A stretch of 64,000 nt of DNA from Schizochytrium sp. TIO01 (Eukaryota; Protista; Bigyra: Labyrinthulomycetes): the NCBI GenBank assembly GCA_004764695.1, contig SMSO01000004.1, positions 868,001-932,000 on the forward strand, read 5' to 3'. The position numbers were made by a program, and so were the translations under genes. Numbering within the stretch: the first letter of the stretch is position 1; each line of letters opens with the position of its first letter. Positions 46,112 to 56,340 of this stretch are shown one piece after another. A model generated the notes under the pieces. That model made no database searches and was not told the DNA's origin. It was given only the letters and a program-made list of their open reading frames with translations.

Positions 46112-49100
46112 TCAGTCTGTCCCTTCAAAAACAATGCAAACAGAACCCCTAAGAAGTACCCGAGCGGTTCCATAGTCTTGGGCGGGCCCTTGCGCAGAAA
46201 ATGGGTATGGTCCTGCTGTTTTGAAAGAGTCTGTATGTAAGATAAATGTTTGTTTCGCGTCACGATCGATTAAAGTCATTACGCCATAATTATCGTTGAC
46301 CCGCGCGACCTCACGCAAGTTTGGCCTAGGAAGCTTTATTTCATGAAGCAAGTCTAAATGCACAGCATCCAGAGCTTGAAGTAGATTATCTTCGGTAATT
46401 AAATATAACCTGTCTCCACTCTGTGCCATTGAGGTTATTAAATTGTCGAGATTTGCTGTGGAAACTACCGTGGCTGTCTTCACATCCCAACGTCGCAACG
46501 TTAGATCTCTCGAAGCGGTGTAGGCAAACTGACCGCATGTAGATAATGTAGCAGAAACACAGGACTTCGTATGCCCAAGAAATGAAAGCTCTCGCCTCCG
46601 CTCAGGATCTTCCACAATAAATTCATGTGAGTCATTCACTACACGAACTCCTTCAATATCGACCGCAAGATACTTAGAAGAAGCATCCATTCGCAACTCT
46701 GCAAGGCACATTCGATCCTTCCAAACTCGCACACGGCCGATTGAATCACCACTAGCCCAAATCTCTGTAGAGGCCTGGTTTGACAATGCAGAAATTGTTG
46801 CTCCAGGATGAGCTAATACTGGATGAACTTTTCCAAAATTCTGGCCTTGGAGAAAAAGTACTTGACCTTGTGCATCGCCTAGTAGACCAGGTGCAACACA
46901 GGTAATCTCAGCATCAAAAGCTTCTAGCTGTGCGCAACGAAGAGTGCCCTCGTGTACACCAAAAATCGGAAGATGCATGTTACTTGGGCATACACCTATA
47001 CATATGAACGAATACCGATCAACAAAAGTACAACCAGTTCGCCTGGAAGGTGCATCTTCATCCTGGACTCGCTTGCTCAAATCAGCCAACACCTGATGTT
47101 CTAGTTGCATCCCGCTCAGTGCACCGACAAATACAACCACCAAGCTCCCCTTTTCAACTACTTCCTCTTCTTGGGTATCTGATTCATTTATTTTACCATC
47201 TTCCTCCATGAGATGGTCCAATTTACGACCAACTATTGCAAGATCTCCGCGTACAGAGACGGCCATAGATTCAATTGCTAGAGTATTTTGAAGAGCGTGC
47301 GGTGGCCCACAAGGTTCTCCTGATACAGTATCAAATACTACCGCCAGACTTGGCTTCTGAGATACAATTGCAATTTTGGATGCATCAGAGCTAAAATTAC
47401 AGGCAACGATCGTACCTGGGCAAACGGTGCCGATGCATCGTTGTGAAAGGAGGTTCATGTCCATGCCTGTTGCACAGTCACCACCAACCCGAATAAGCTC
47501 GCCCCGTGCATTGAACTGACGGGGAACATTATGTGTAATTCCAAGAACAGCCTTTCGACCCTCTCGCCGTGCGTTTTCAACGAGGGAGGTTCCGAATGTT
47601 ATGGTTTCATCTAGCTTTAAATCCATAAACGAATGTTTAAGAACAGAGAGATGCACCTGAACCTCATCTACAGGCTCCGCTGTGATCCATGTTTTTTCTA
47701 ACCGCTCTTCAGGAATTGGGTTAGCAGAGACAGAGTCCGCGTAACATTCCCGCTTATTCTGGTCTAAAAGGCGAACAATCTCACAATCATCAGCAAATTG
47801 CACAGTATCAGGAGGCCACCTCCATTGAATGCCGCTTGGGGTTAGAGATTGGCGAACCTGAGCGTACCGTGAGTCGTAGAAACTCATGACTCCATCTGCA
47901 CGCGCGACGACGAAACGATATGAGTCTGAACCAGTCTTTGATGGGCTAAAGGCAAGACATTGAATACTACTGGGGGGACTTCCATCGCCACAACGCAAAC
48001 GCACGAGCTCATCTTCTAGCTTGCTTTCTATTGAACGAACAGATACTGATCCCATGTTTGTCCCAATTGCCAATACATCTCCATCATGAGAGAATGAGAC
48101 ACATGTGCAGACTGCATCGGGGCGATCATCCAGTCTTATTTCATTGATAAGCTGGAAGTCCGAGTCCCAGAGGCACACAGTTGTGTCCTGTTCTCCTATC
48201 GTTGCCCATAGATTATTTCTTCCGAAGCACACAACCCGCACCTTAGTATGGGCCGAAGCAACCTGCTCAGATTCCTTCAGAAGCTTCAATACACGGTGTC
48301 CATCGCCAACAAGACCACGTCGACAAATTGAGTCAATTCTTACCTTAAAATTGTCGAAGATATGCTTCAGATCACCTTGGGCAGACCAAACTCGAATCAC
48401 CGATTTTTCGCTAACTGACACAAAATCACGCAAAAGTTTCACGCCTACACCGTCATGTGCCTTCGCTTCAATCAGAATAAGCCTTGCCTCGTCTGAGTCT
48501 AAGCGCCACAATGATCCTTTCTGGTCTCCGCACCAGTCCCCCCAGATACAAGTAACTTTACAGCTGTGTTCGATGGCAACTCTTTCATACTCACGCCCAT
48601 GTGCATGGTGAATCCAGAGTAGACCAGTTTCCTTGTCAAGTTCTGCTAGGCTTACATTACAGGAACCGTGTGCTTTCAATGTGCTTATGGTACTTTTTTG
48701 AGCAATCAAAGGAAACCTAGCTAGTGGCGTAGGCCCATGCCTAAAATCTAACTCTTCATTAGAAAGCTGCGGTTTTTCAAGACGCCATGTTGTAGCCATG
48801 TTACGCGCACAAACTGCCGTAATAAGACCTGAAGGATTAATGTCAATTTGCGAAACACCTTCCAAACGAACAAAAAAACAAACTTTACAATCTGACCCGT
48901 CTTCGGAGATTTGCCATACCATTGCACGCATTGTATCACACGCAGCAAGCCACCATAGACCGGGGGCACTACAAGGGCAGGAGCGCAAGGAAACTACTTG
49001 TGCAAGCATTTGTAAGTACCTAACATGGTAATTGCGACTTTTTGCAAGTACAATCATATCGGATGCAGCATATGCTAAAAGTCCTTGACTACCTAGACTT

Positions 49101-51808
49101 GCGATTGAGTCTCCAGATGGGCCTTTACATCCTTGAACTGAACGCTTGTAAATAATTGGCCCCGGCTTTAAATGAGCATATTCTTGCGCAAGAGGCTCTT
49201 CGGTTTTGTCTTCATCATCCTCCATAAACTTGTCAAGCTCTTCGTCGGCAGATTTCTTACTTTGTCCTTCGCCACGTGTTCTGATAACATCCTTTTCATT
49301 CTTTATCACCTCGGGGTTTTTCTCTAGAAAATGGAGCTTGGGAGCCGCATCTTCAATTCTTAGAGCGCAGTCGTAAACTTTTTCGACCATTTGCATCAGT
49401 GGGTTGCTTTCCTCAAGTGTATAAAACCAGCCCAAAGATGGCAAGCTTTCCAGATATGGTACAGTTTCAGGATCGCCACCCATATCGCTCACTTCTGTCT
49501 GCTTTGGAAGTTTAATTCGACGGAGACCCTGCTTGTGAAATACAGATTTCTCCTGGACTGCAAAGACATGGTCATTTCCGAGATACAAATGCCATTTTGT
49601 CTCGCTTTTGCCGGCTTGTATAAAACGAGGATCAACAGAGTCTAAATTTGGGACACTCTCAGGAAGCCGGCAAAACTCTTCTCCATGTTTTAAATCATAA
49701 ATTCTGTCTTGAACGAAAAGGTAGCTTCCACATGGACTCAACTTTAGAGCCTGAACAGTAAAACCTGGCTCCGAGTATACATACTTCTCGGTCCAGGTTT
49801 TTGTAGCATCATTACGCTCAACCACAGAAAATCCATCTGCAAAGCCAATTGCGCAGACAATCACTCTCTGTGGCTGAGTCAGTTCTCGCGCAGTCAGGCA
49901 AAGAGGGATCCTTTCATCCAGCATGCAAGTGGATTCTAAAAACCCTAATTTTTTCATATCCCATAAACGTAGTGTCCAGTCTTGACCAACACTCACAAGC
50001 TTAGTGGTAGAGATCCAGTAATGCACTCTCATATCCAAATGACCACTAGAAACCCCCCCTTCACCTACAACGTGACCACTTACTCCGTGCACAAGGAACA
50101 CCTCACATGCGCGTGTTGTGATAGCAATTCGAGATCCGTCGAACGACCAGCACACCATTCGCGCACCTGTATCAAGCGAAGGTGCACGAGTCATCTCATC
50201 AAACTCTGCAATTAATTGAACGTTAAAACTCCAAAGTTTAAGATACCCGTTTTTGGATGAACTTGTCGTGAAGCCTCGCGTGCAGACATGTATCGCATGT
50301 AATGGTTCACCTTGGAAAGTTGCTTCTGACCTTGTGACACGGTAACCTTCCAATACATATAGAAGACCATCATTTCCTCCAAGAACAGCGAATTTCGATC
50401 TTGGATGATATGCACAACACAAGAAGTCTGTATCAGGCCGCACGCTGAAACCCACGCGCCGTTGCTCGTTGGCAGAAACATCGATTACTTCCGCCAACCC
50501 CGCAATTCCTCCAACAAGTATACGATCGTCCTCGATATAGCACACTGTTCGAATTGAGCCTGCAGGCAAAGTAAAAACACCCCGACGCTTACTTAATAAA
50601 AAATCTGCCTTTAGCTTACATGATTCTTTAGCTGCATGACCCCGCTCCAAGTCATCTTGTTCCTGCTCAGATTCGCTTTCCAAACTACTACTATCCTCGC
50701 TGTCAGATTTTGACGACTCATCAATACTACTGGCGATTGACCCATCATCGTTCAAATGTGAAAATAGCGGACTTGCTGAACTCCCTTCAGCGAAAATAAA
50801 TACTTGGACATTTCCGTATTTGTCTGCCACGCAAAGCTCAAGCGTGCCAAGTGCCCAGCATAAGGCCACAACCTCGCGAACCGCAATAGTTGCAAGAGGA
50901 TGGATCTGTGGGTAACCCCAAATGACAATTTTCTGCGCACAAGCTGTTGCAATTAAGTTGTGCTCCCAGCTATAAGCTGACGTGAAGATATCTTTTTCAT
51001 GGCACCAGCCTATCCGGTTTTCCTCGCGGCCTTGTCTTTGCGTTGCTTGGACCGAGCTTGAGATAAGCAAGGGCCCCATGGTTCGAACCAGTCGTCCATC
51101 CATCATGAAAAAAGCGTTGGTTGCTCCGCAAGCGCTCTTAACTTTTCCAAGTGTCAATTCTGATCTTTCCATAGAAGGTTGTGCCCAAAGAGGGCGTGTT
51201 GAACAAAATGGCATTGCTTCTCCTCCATGATCTATGAGACCGTCAAACAGCTGAAGCCAGGAGCGCACTCGTAAACACGTATTGTTAATAAAAGCTTTCC
51301 GTGAAAGACGATCATGCGGTGTTGCTCCAAATAAAATATCCACTACAAGTTCTAGCTCAGCAGTGTTTGGCAGTGTAAAACGGCCTCCCCCAAAGCGATC
51401 AATACCAGCACTGCAAGTATCGAGGAGCAAAAATGTCTCGTCGAATGTAAGAGATCCCCGTTTTCGAAAGTCGAATACATCGAAGAGCGCTGCTAAGCGT
51501 GCCTTCCGACTGGTTGCACTAAAGCAGCATGCAGCACCTACTAGCTGTAGGCTGTCGATTCCCATGATACTCTCGGAGCTTACAGCAGGGCAATTCGGCC
51601 CGCATGCCTCCTTTACGCCAAGCAAACGCAAGCAATCTGCAGGGTCCAGCTGAAAGTCAAGATTTCGATGCCTTTCTACCAAGCTCCACATCTCTTTGGT
51701 GCTTAGACCAACCATACAAGCGCATGCACACTGAGCATTGTTTGACACTTCAGGGTTGTCTGAAGTTAATGCTGCATCGCTCTGCTCCCTGCCTTGCACC
51801 AAGCCCAT
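46112..51808 (-). CDS. Large EF-hand + multi-WD40 (EML/TAPE-like) protein
   Basis: MG start; EF-hand LFDVFDFRKRGSLTFDE; many WD-like units (GQDWTLRLWD, DTTVCLWD, GHTKSC..ASRDLTLRRWD) spread over ~1600 aa with acidic linkers. Confidence 0.8.
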   Translation of the reverse strand: MGLVQGREQSDAALTSDNPEVSNNAQCACACMVGLSTKEMWSLVERHRNLDFQLDPADCLRLLGVKEACGPNCPAVSSESIMGIDSLQLVGAACCFSATSRKARLAALFDVFDFRKRGSLTFDETFLLLDTCSAGIDRFGGGRFTLPNTAELELVVDILFGATPHDRLSRKAFINNTCLRVRSWLQLFDGLIDHGGEAMPFCSTRPLWAQPSMERSELTLGKVKSACGATNAFFMMDGRLVRTMGPLLISSSVQATQRQGREENRIGWCHEKDIFTSAYSWEHNLIATACAQKIVIWGYPQIHPLATIAVREVVALCWALGTLELCVADKYGNVQVFIFAEGSSASPLFSHLNDDGSIASSIDESSKSDSEDSSSLESESEQEQDDLERGHAAKESCKLKADFLLSKRRGVFTLPAGSIRTVCYIEDDRILVGGIAGLAEVIDVSANEQRRVGFSVRPDTDFLCCAYHPRSKFAVLGGNDGLLYVLEGYRVTRSEATFQGEPLHAIHVCTRGFTTSSSKNGYLKLWSFNVQLIAEFDEMTRAPSLDTGARMVCWSFDGSRIAITTRACEVFLVHGVSGHVVGEGGVSSGHLDMRVHYWISTTKLVSVGQDWTLRLWDMKKLGFLESTCMLDERIPLCLTARELTQPQRVIVCAIGFADGFSVVERNDATKTWTEKYVYSEPGFTVQALKLSPCGSYLFVQDRIYDLKHGEEFCRLPESVPNLDSVDPRFIQAGKSETKWHLYLGNDHVFAVQEKSVFHKQGLRRIKLPKQTEVSDMGGDPETVPYLESLPSLGWFYTLEESNPLMQMVEKVYDCALRIEDAAPKLHFLEKNPEVIKNEKDVIRTRGEGQSKKSADEELDKFMEDDEDKTEEPLAQEYAHLKPGPIIYKRSVQGCKGPSGDSIASLGSQGLLAYAASDMIVLAKSRNYHVRYLQMLAQVVSLRSCPCSAPGLWWLAACDTMRAMVWQISEDGSDCKVCFFVRLEGVSQIDINPSGLITAVCARNMATTWRLEKPQLSNEELDFRHGPTPLARFPLIAQKSTISTLKAHGSCNVSLAELDKETGLLWIHHAHGREYERVAIEHSCKVTCIWGDWCGDQKGSLWRLDSDEARLILIEAKAHDGVGVKLLRDFVSVSEKSVIRVWSAQGDLKHIFDNFKVRIDSICRRGLVGDGHRVLKLLKESEQVASAHTKVRVVCFGRNNLWATIGEQDTTVCLWDSDFQLINEIRLDDRPDAVCTCVSFSHDGDVLAIGTNMGSVSVRSIESKLEDELVRLRCGDGSPPSSIQCLAFSPSKTGSDSYRFVVARADGVMSFYDSRYAQVRQSLTPSGIQWRWPPDTVQFADDCEIVRLLDQNKRECYADSVSANPIPEERLEKTWITAEPVDEVQVHLSVLKHSFMDLKLDETITFGTSLVENARREGRKAVLGITHNVPRQFNARGELIRVGGDCATGMDMNLLSQRCIGTVCPGTIVACNFSSDASKIAIVSQKPSLAVVFDTVSGEPCGPPHALQNTLAIESMAVSVRGDLAIVGRKLDHLMEEDGKINESDTQEEEVVEKGSLVVVFVGALSGMQLEHQVLADLSKRVQDEDAPSRRTGCTFVDRYSFICIGVCPSNMHLPIFGVHEGTLRCAQLEAFDAEITCVAPGLLGDAQGQVLFLQGQNFGKVHPVLAHPGATISALSNQASTEIWASGDSIGRVRVWKDRMCLAELRMDASSKYLAVDIEGVRVVNDSHEFIVEDPERRRELSFLGHTKSCVSATLSTCGQFAYTASRDLTLRRWDVKTATVVSTANLDNLITSMAQSGDRLYLITEDNLLQALDAVHLDLLHEIKLPRPNLREVARVNDNYGVMTLIDRDAKQTFILHTDSFKTAGPYPFSAQGPAQDYGTARVLLRGSVCIVFEGTD

Positions 51809-53046
51809 GCTTGCAAGTTGTTGCCTCGATTCCTTCTACCTTATCAACTCTGCTAGAGCTGCCAAGATGGAGTAGGGAAACTACTACAACACCGTACTGC
51901 TGCCTTGCGTGCTTTGCTCTCAGGGTTTCAACTAAGAGCTCAAGGGCCATGAGTCTGCTTTCCTTGGATCAACTTTGGGCCATGCAAGTTAAGGCAAGAA
52001 CTTTGTTTGCCAGCCCAAAATCCCGCAATTAATTTGGGTCTCTGCCAAGGAGACCTATTTCTTCGATTGACATCTTTTGCTTTGTATTCCTCCTTTCTAA
52101 AGCTACCATTCCCATAGACTAGCGTTACTGCCTTCATTATGTGTTCCCGTAGTCCCACTGGGAGTGTACTTTTAATGTCAATTATTTAATGTTCGCCTTA
52201 TGGTACCTGCTATGACCGATGATGAGCAAACTATCACCCAACACGTACAAGAAAGGATAGTTAAGCTTCGTCACCAGTATGTCTTCATGTGCATGGGTAA
52301 ATTAAATGAGCAGTGCCACGCTTGATCCAATGGTGGCAGTCTCTTCCGTCCCCCAACGGCCCTTGAAAAAAAAAAAAAAAAAAGCAAACTGCCTCAGGCA
52401 CACTTGCGCAACCCATTTTCAACGTAACGGATACCATGTCACAATTTCACAGATAAAATGATAGCTAGATTGCTTTTTAATTTTGTGACTAAAATCAGTC
52501 AAAACGACCATACTCAGAAGCTCGGGGTTTCTATGAAGGGAGAGCAATTTGGGTGACGCACAGGTACATCCGTAGAATGGCGCAGAGACATTCCCGCTCA
52601 AGGTAAAAAGAATTATGGAAAGAAAAACATGACAAGTTTAGGTTTCTGATCTGGTGCTTTAGATGGTAGAAGATTCAGTAATAACGATACTAGTGGGTGA
52701 ACATCGGTGGGAAAATTACTTTGTAATCGTTGACTTGAAAGTCTTAGGAAGGGGTATTCAACATTATAGTTTTCTAGCCTGGTGGTCAAGCAAGCCTGCG
52801 GAAACGAGAAAAAATGAATACAAGGTTCGGACACTTATTTTAGTAGGCTTATTCCTTACCTTATTTTCTTACAACAGCTATTGTGAACTATTTGCTGTAG
52901 CTCCGAAAACAGTGCACCGGACGTACAAGTTGCGAATCGAGTCAGTGCTGTGCTCATTCTCAATTCGCGAAGGCTTTTCAGCCGACTAATGCGCGTGGAA
53001 AGGCCACAAGCATTGACGCACTAGCGCTTTGCACGTGGCCGGCAAC

Positions 53047-55875
53047 ATGGCTGCAGCAGCTGCGATTGCTGCAGCGCAGCGGAACACCCGAAGGAAAGCT
53101 AAAGAAGCAGATAAAGAAGCACGTCGAAACGCGCGCCGGATCAAGAAGGAGCGCAATGGTATAAGTGAAGGACTTAGTGTGGAGAGCAAACAGATTGTAG
53201 GTTATGCCAAGGAAAATGTGAATCAAGATCCTATGGCACAACTCTCAAGCACAGATTCAGAGGATTCTTCAACCTCTACACCTAGTAAACTTGCTCTCAG
53301 GGGGCCGTACGGTCGTCTTGCACATTTCTGCAAAACCCTGTCTCATGCCGATAGCTTCAATGGCTTCATTATTTTTGTTATCCTCATTGCCGGTGTTCTT
53401 GTTGGATTACAGAGCTACCCCGCCATGGAGCAGAATACTGCGGTTTCTATTATTGATAAATGCGTACTAATCACGTTCTGCGCTGAGTGTGTCATTAAAA
53501 TCATTGCAGAGTATAGCAGACCATGGCGATATTTCACTGGAAGCGAGTGGAAATGGAATGTGTTTGACTTTACCATAGTGTTCATGTCTCTCCCTATCTT
53601 TAATTGGGGTTCATCTATTGCTCTTTTACGACTCGTTCGTCTAATGCGTCTTATAAAGCTGGTCAAGCGAATCCCGCAGCTCTACATGATTGTAATGGGT
53701 CTCATGGGTGGTATGCGCGCGATCATGTACATTCTGGTTTTGCTATTGCTCATTTTTTACATGTATAGTGTTGTTGGATTTTATTTGTTTGCTGAGAATG
53801 ACCCCTTTCAGTTTGGTGACATTTGGAAAGCAATGGTTACCTTGTGGCGGGTCTCAACTTTTGAAGACTGGACTGATGTTTTGTACACCAACTACTACTC
53901 ATGCGCTGTATATCCCGGAAATATATATATCGACGAGGTTTCTCTCGATCCCGAGAGCTATGGCAGAGCAGGGGAGCTTTGGGCGTGCACTAATCCCGAG
54001 GCACAGGAGTTACTGTCCGTACTATATTTTATCAGTTTTGTGTTTGTGTCTTCCCTTGTTATGCTCAGTCTCTTTGTCGGTGCTGTAACTATGAGCATGA
54101 CAGAGAGCATGGAAGAGTTGAACGAAGAAAAGGAAGCTGTTCGCCGTGAGCAGGCTCTTGCAAAGGCTCGGGAGCGTGCACTTTTAAGATCTGGTACTGA
54201 TACATCATTGAATAAAAGTAATAGCGAGGATTCCCCACAGCGCATTGCTTCAGATGTATTCACACTAACTAAAAGGGTTTCCATGCTCATAAAGGCAGCA
54301 TCCCGAAGTTCTCTGACTAAAATTACACCCTTAGTAAACCAAAATTCTTTGGACGAGAATGTTTTGGTCAGTGAAACACCGATAAAACAAAATACTGAAC
54401 CTTCAATTCATTCTTCATCGAAACTTTCTGCTGAAAAATATCTTACGGCTTCTGGAAAAGTGAAGCCCATGGGTTCCTCTGCACAACTGCAGAGAGCTCC
54501 TACTATGTTATCACGGATGTTCAGTGCTAACATGTCACAAACAGAGACAGATCTCTTTGACGATGCAGAGATTCACCACTTGCGTTCGTTAATTCTTCGT
54601 GCTACAGGAATCGAAGATATCAAAAGGAAGAGTAAAAATGTTGAGGACGAGGCGCCAGCACATGGTGCTATAATCACTGCATACATTTCACTTGCTGCAC
54701 GCTGTGAAAAGGTTGTACAAAGTTCGTATTTTGTAAACTTTATTACGTTTATTATCGTATGTGCAGGCATCCAAATTGGTGTGTCAACTTTCCCACAAAC
54801 AACCCAAGCACAGAAACTTCTCAAAGTTACAGATGGTATTATTTTAGGAATTTTCGCTCTTGAAATTCTTCTTAAAACTATCGCTGCTGGTCTAAAACCC
54901 TGGCACTTTTTCTATTTTAGAGGTGCAAATGGGTGGAATATATTCGACTACATCGTGGTTGTGGGCAGTCTGATACCCGGTTCAGGGAGCACGCTGACTA
55001 TTCTGCGGCTCTTGAGGCTTCTCCGTGTGTTAAAGCTGCTGAGAGCATTGCCCGAATTGCAGATTATCGTGGTGGCACTAATCAACGGTATTGGTTCCAT
55101 CAGCTATATTGCTCTTATTTTGTTTATGGTGTTTTACATTTTCGCTATCGCAGGTCAAATTCTCTTTGCAGAAAATGATCCTTTACATTTTGGATCGCTT
55201 CATATCGCACTAATAACTTTGTTCCGAAGTGCAACCCTGGAGGACTGGTCTGATCTTGCATATATTTCAATGTACGGATGTAATCAGTTTGGATACAATG
55301 GCTTTGAGGCGCTTTGCGAATCTCCAAAAGCATTGGGTGCAGTCGCTGCTCTATATTACATTCTTTTTACACTTATCGGAGGTCTAGTTCTCATGACGCT
55401 GTTTATCGGTGTGGTAACCATGAGTATGGAGGAGGCCTCCCAAGATCAAAAGGACCATGATGCTGTCATGGACAGAGCTCAGAGGATTTGTGAGGCTTCC
55501 AACATTCCTAAAGAGATTTTCTTATTGTATGAGGAAATCTTCAATACAATCGATTATGATGGAGGAGGATCGATTGATGAGGAAGAGCTAGCGATTGGTT
55601 TTATTGCAATTGGTGATGTCTTCTCTAAAGCAGAAATTCGAGAAATGGTTGCTCGAGTGGACGATGACAACAGTGGAGAACTTGACCTCGCGGAGTTCAT
55701 TGAATTCATGACTGTTTTCAAAGAAGAGTTCCTTCAGCGTACAGATGGGACTGGAGACATTCGCTTGGCGCGAAATTTTCAGAAGAGGTCACAAGACGCT
55801 GTTAACATCACCGCATCAGAAACATCTGTTATTTCAATAGAGAATATGGAAGAAGCAGAAGGCACTGAGCTTTGA
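53047..55875 (+). CDS. Two-repeat (2x6TM) voltage-gated cation channel with two C-terminal EF-hands
   Basis: Two ion_trans repeats: WNVFDF and WNIFDY; S4 LRLVRLMRLIKLVK and LRLLRLLRVLKLLR; filters TFEDW (53857-53871) and TLEDW (55234-55248). EF loops DYDGGGSIDEEE and DDDNSGELDLAE. First ATG at 53047. Confidence 0.93.
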   Translation: MAAAAAIAAAQRNTRRKAKEADKEARRNARRIKKERNGISEGLSVESKQIVGYAKENVNQDPMAQLSSTDSEDSSTSTPSKLALRGPYGRLAHFCKTLSHADSFNGFIIFVILIAGVLVGLQSYPAMEQNTAVSIIDKCVLITFCAECVIKIIAEYSRPWRYFTGSEWKWNVFDFTIVFMSLPIFNWGSSIALLRLVRLMRLIKLVKRIPQLYMIVMGLMGGMRAIMYILVLLLLIFYMYSVVGFYLFAENDPFQFGDIWKAMVTLWRVSTFEDWTDVLYTNYYSCAVYPGNIYIDEVSLDPESYGRAGELWACTNPEAQELLSVLYFISFVFVSSLVMLSLFVGAVTMSMTESMEELNEEKEAVRREQALAKARERALLRSGTDTSLNKSNSEDSPQRIASDVFTLTKRVSMLIKAASRSSLTKITPLVNQNSLDENVLVSETPIKQNTEPSIHSSSKLSAEKYLTASGKVKPMGSSAQLQRAPTMLSRMFSANMSQTETDLFDDAEIHHLRSLILRATGIEDIKRKSKNVEDEAPAHGAIITAYISLAARCEKVVQSSYFVNFITFIIVCAGIQIGVSTFPQTTQAQKLLKVTDGIILGIFALEILLKTIAAGLKPWHFFYFRGANGWNIFDYIVVVGSLIPGSGSTLTILRLLRLLRVLKLLRALPELQIIVVALINGIGSISYIALILFMVFYIFAIAGQILFAENDPLHFGSLHIALITLFRSATLEDWSDLAYISMYGCNQFGYNGFEALCESPKALGAVAALYYILFTLIGGLVLMTLFIGVVTMSMEEASQDQKDHDAVMDRAQRICEASNIPKEIFLLYEEIFNTIDYDGGGSIDEEELAIGFIAIGDVFSKAEIREMVARVDDDNSGELDLAEFIEFMTVFKEEFLQRTDGTGDIRLARNFQKRSQDAVNITASETSVISIENMEEAEGTEL

Positions 55876-56340
55876 AACTTGGCTTATGTATCGAAAAAGC
55901 TAACATTGGGTAGTTTGTATTACGGAAATAAAGAATCTTATATAGAGTATTATGAGTGGTTTTATCAACCGAAGGAGTTGTCCAGGCCCAGCACTTGCAG
56001 AACAATTGAGCTCTCTCATATCTTTCAAATGTTGTAGAGTTTTCTGTTGATCATCATACCCTTACATTCCTACAAGCGCTCCTTTCTAGGAAGCGTTAGT
56101 CTAGACGCCTGGTCCCTAGACAGATTTTCAATTCCCAGAGGTCAGGAGAAGGGGAATGTAAATAGTGCTGGCAGATATCATACAGCGAAGGCAATTTTTT
56201 AATTTTTTTTCCTTTTACCTAAAAGAGGATACTTGAGGTGTAGAAAGCTCGAAGTACAACATCTTATTTTAAACTATGATAAGTCAGAGAGTACATCCTC
56301 GGTAGTGGGGAGGGGTGTCCATTTGAGGGTAAATAAAAGT

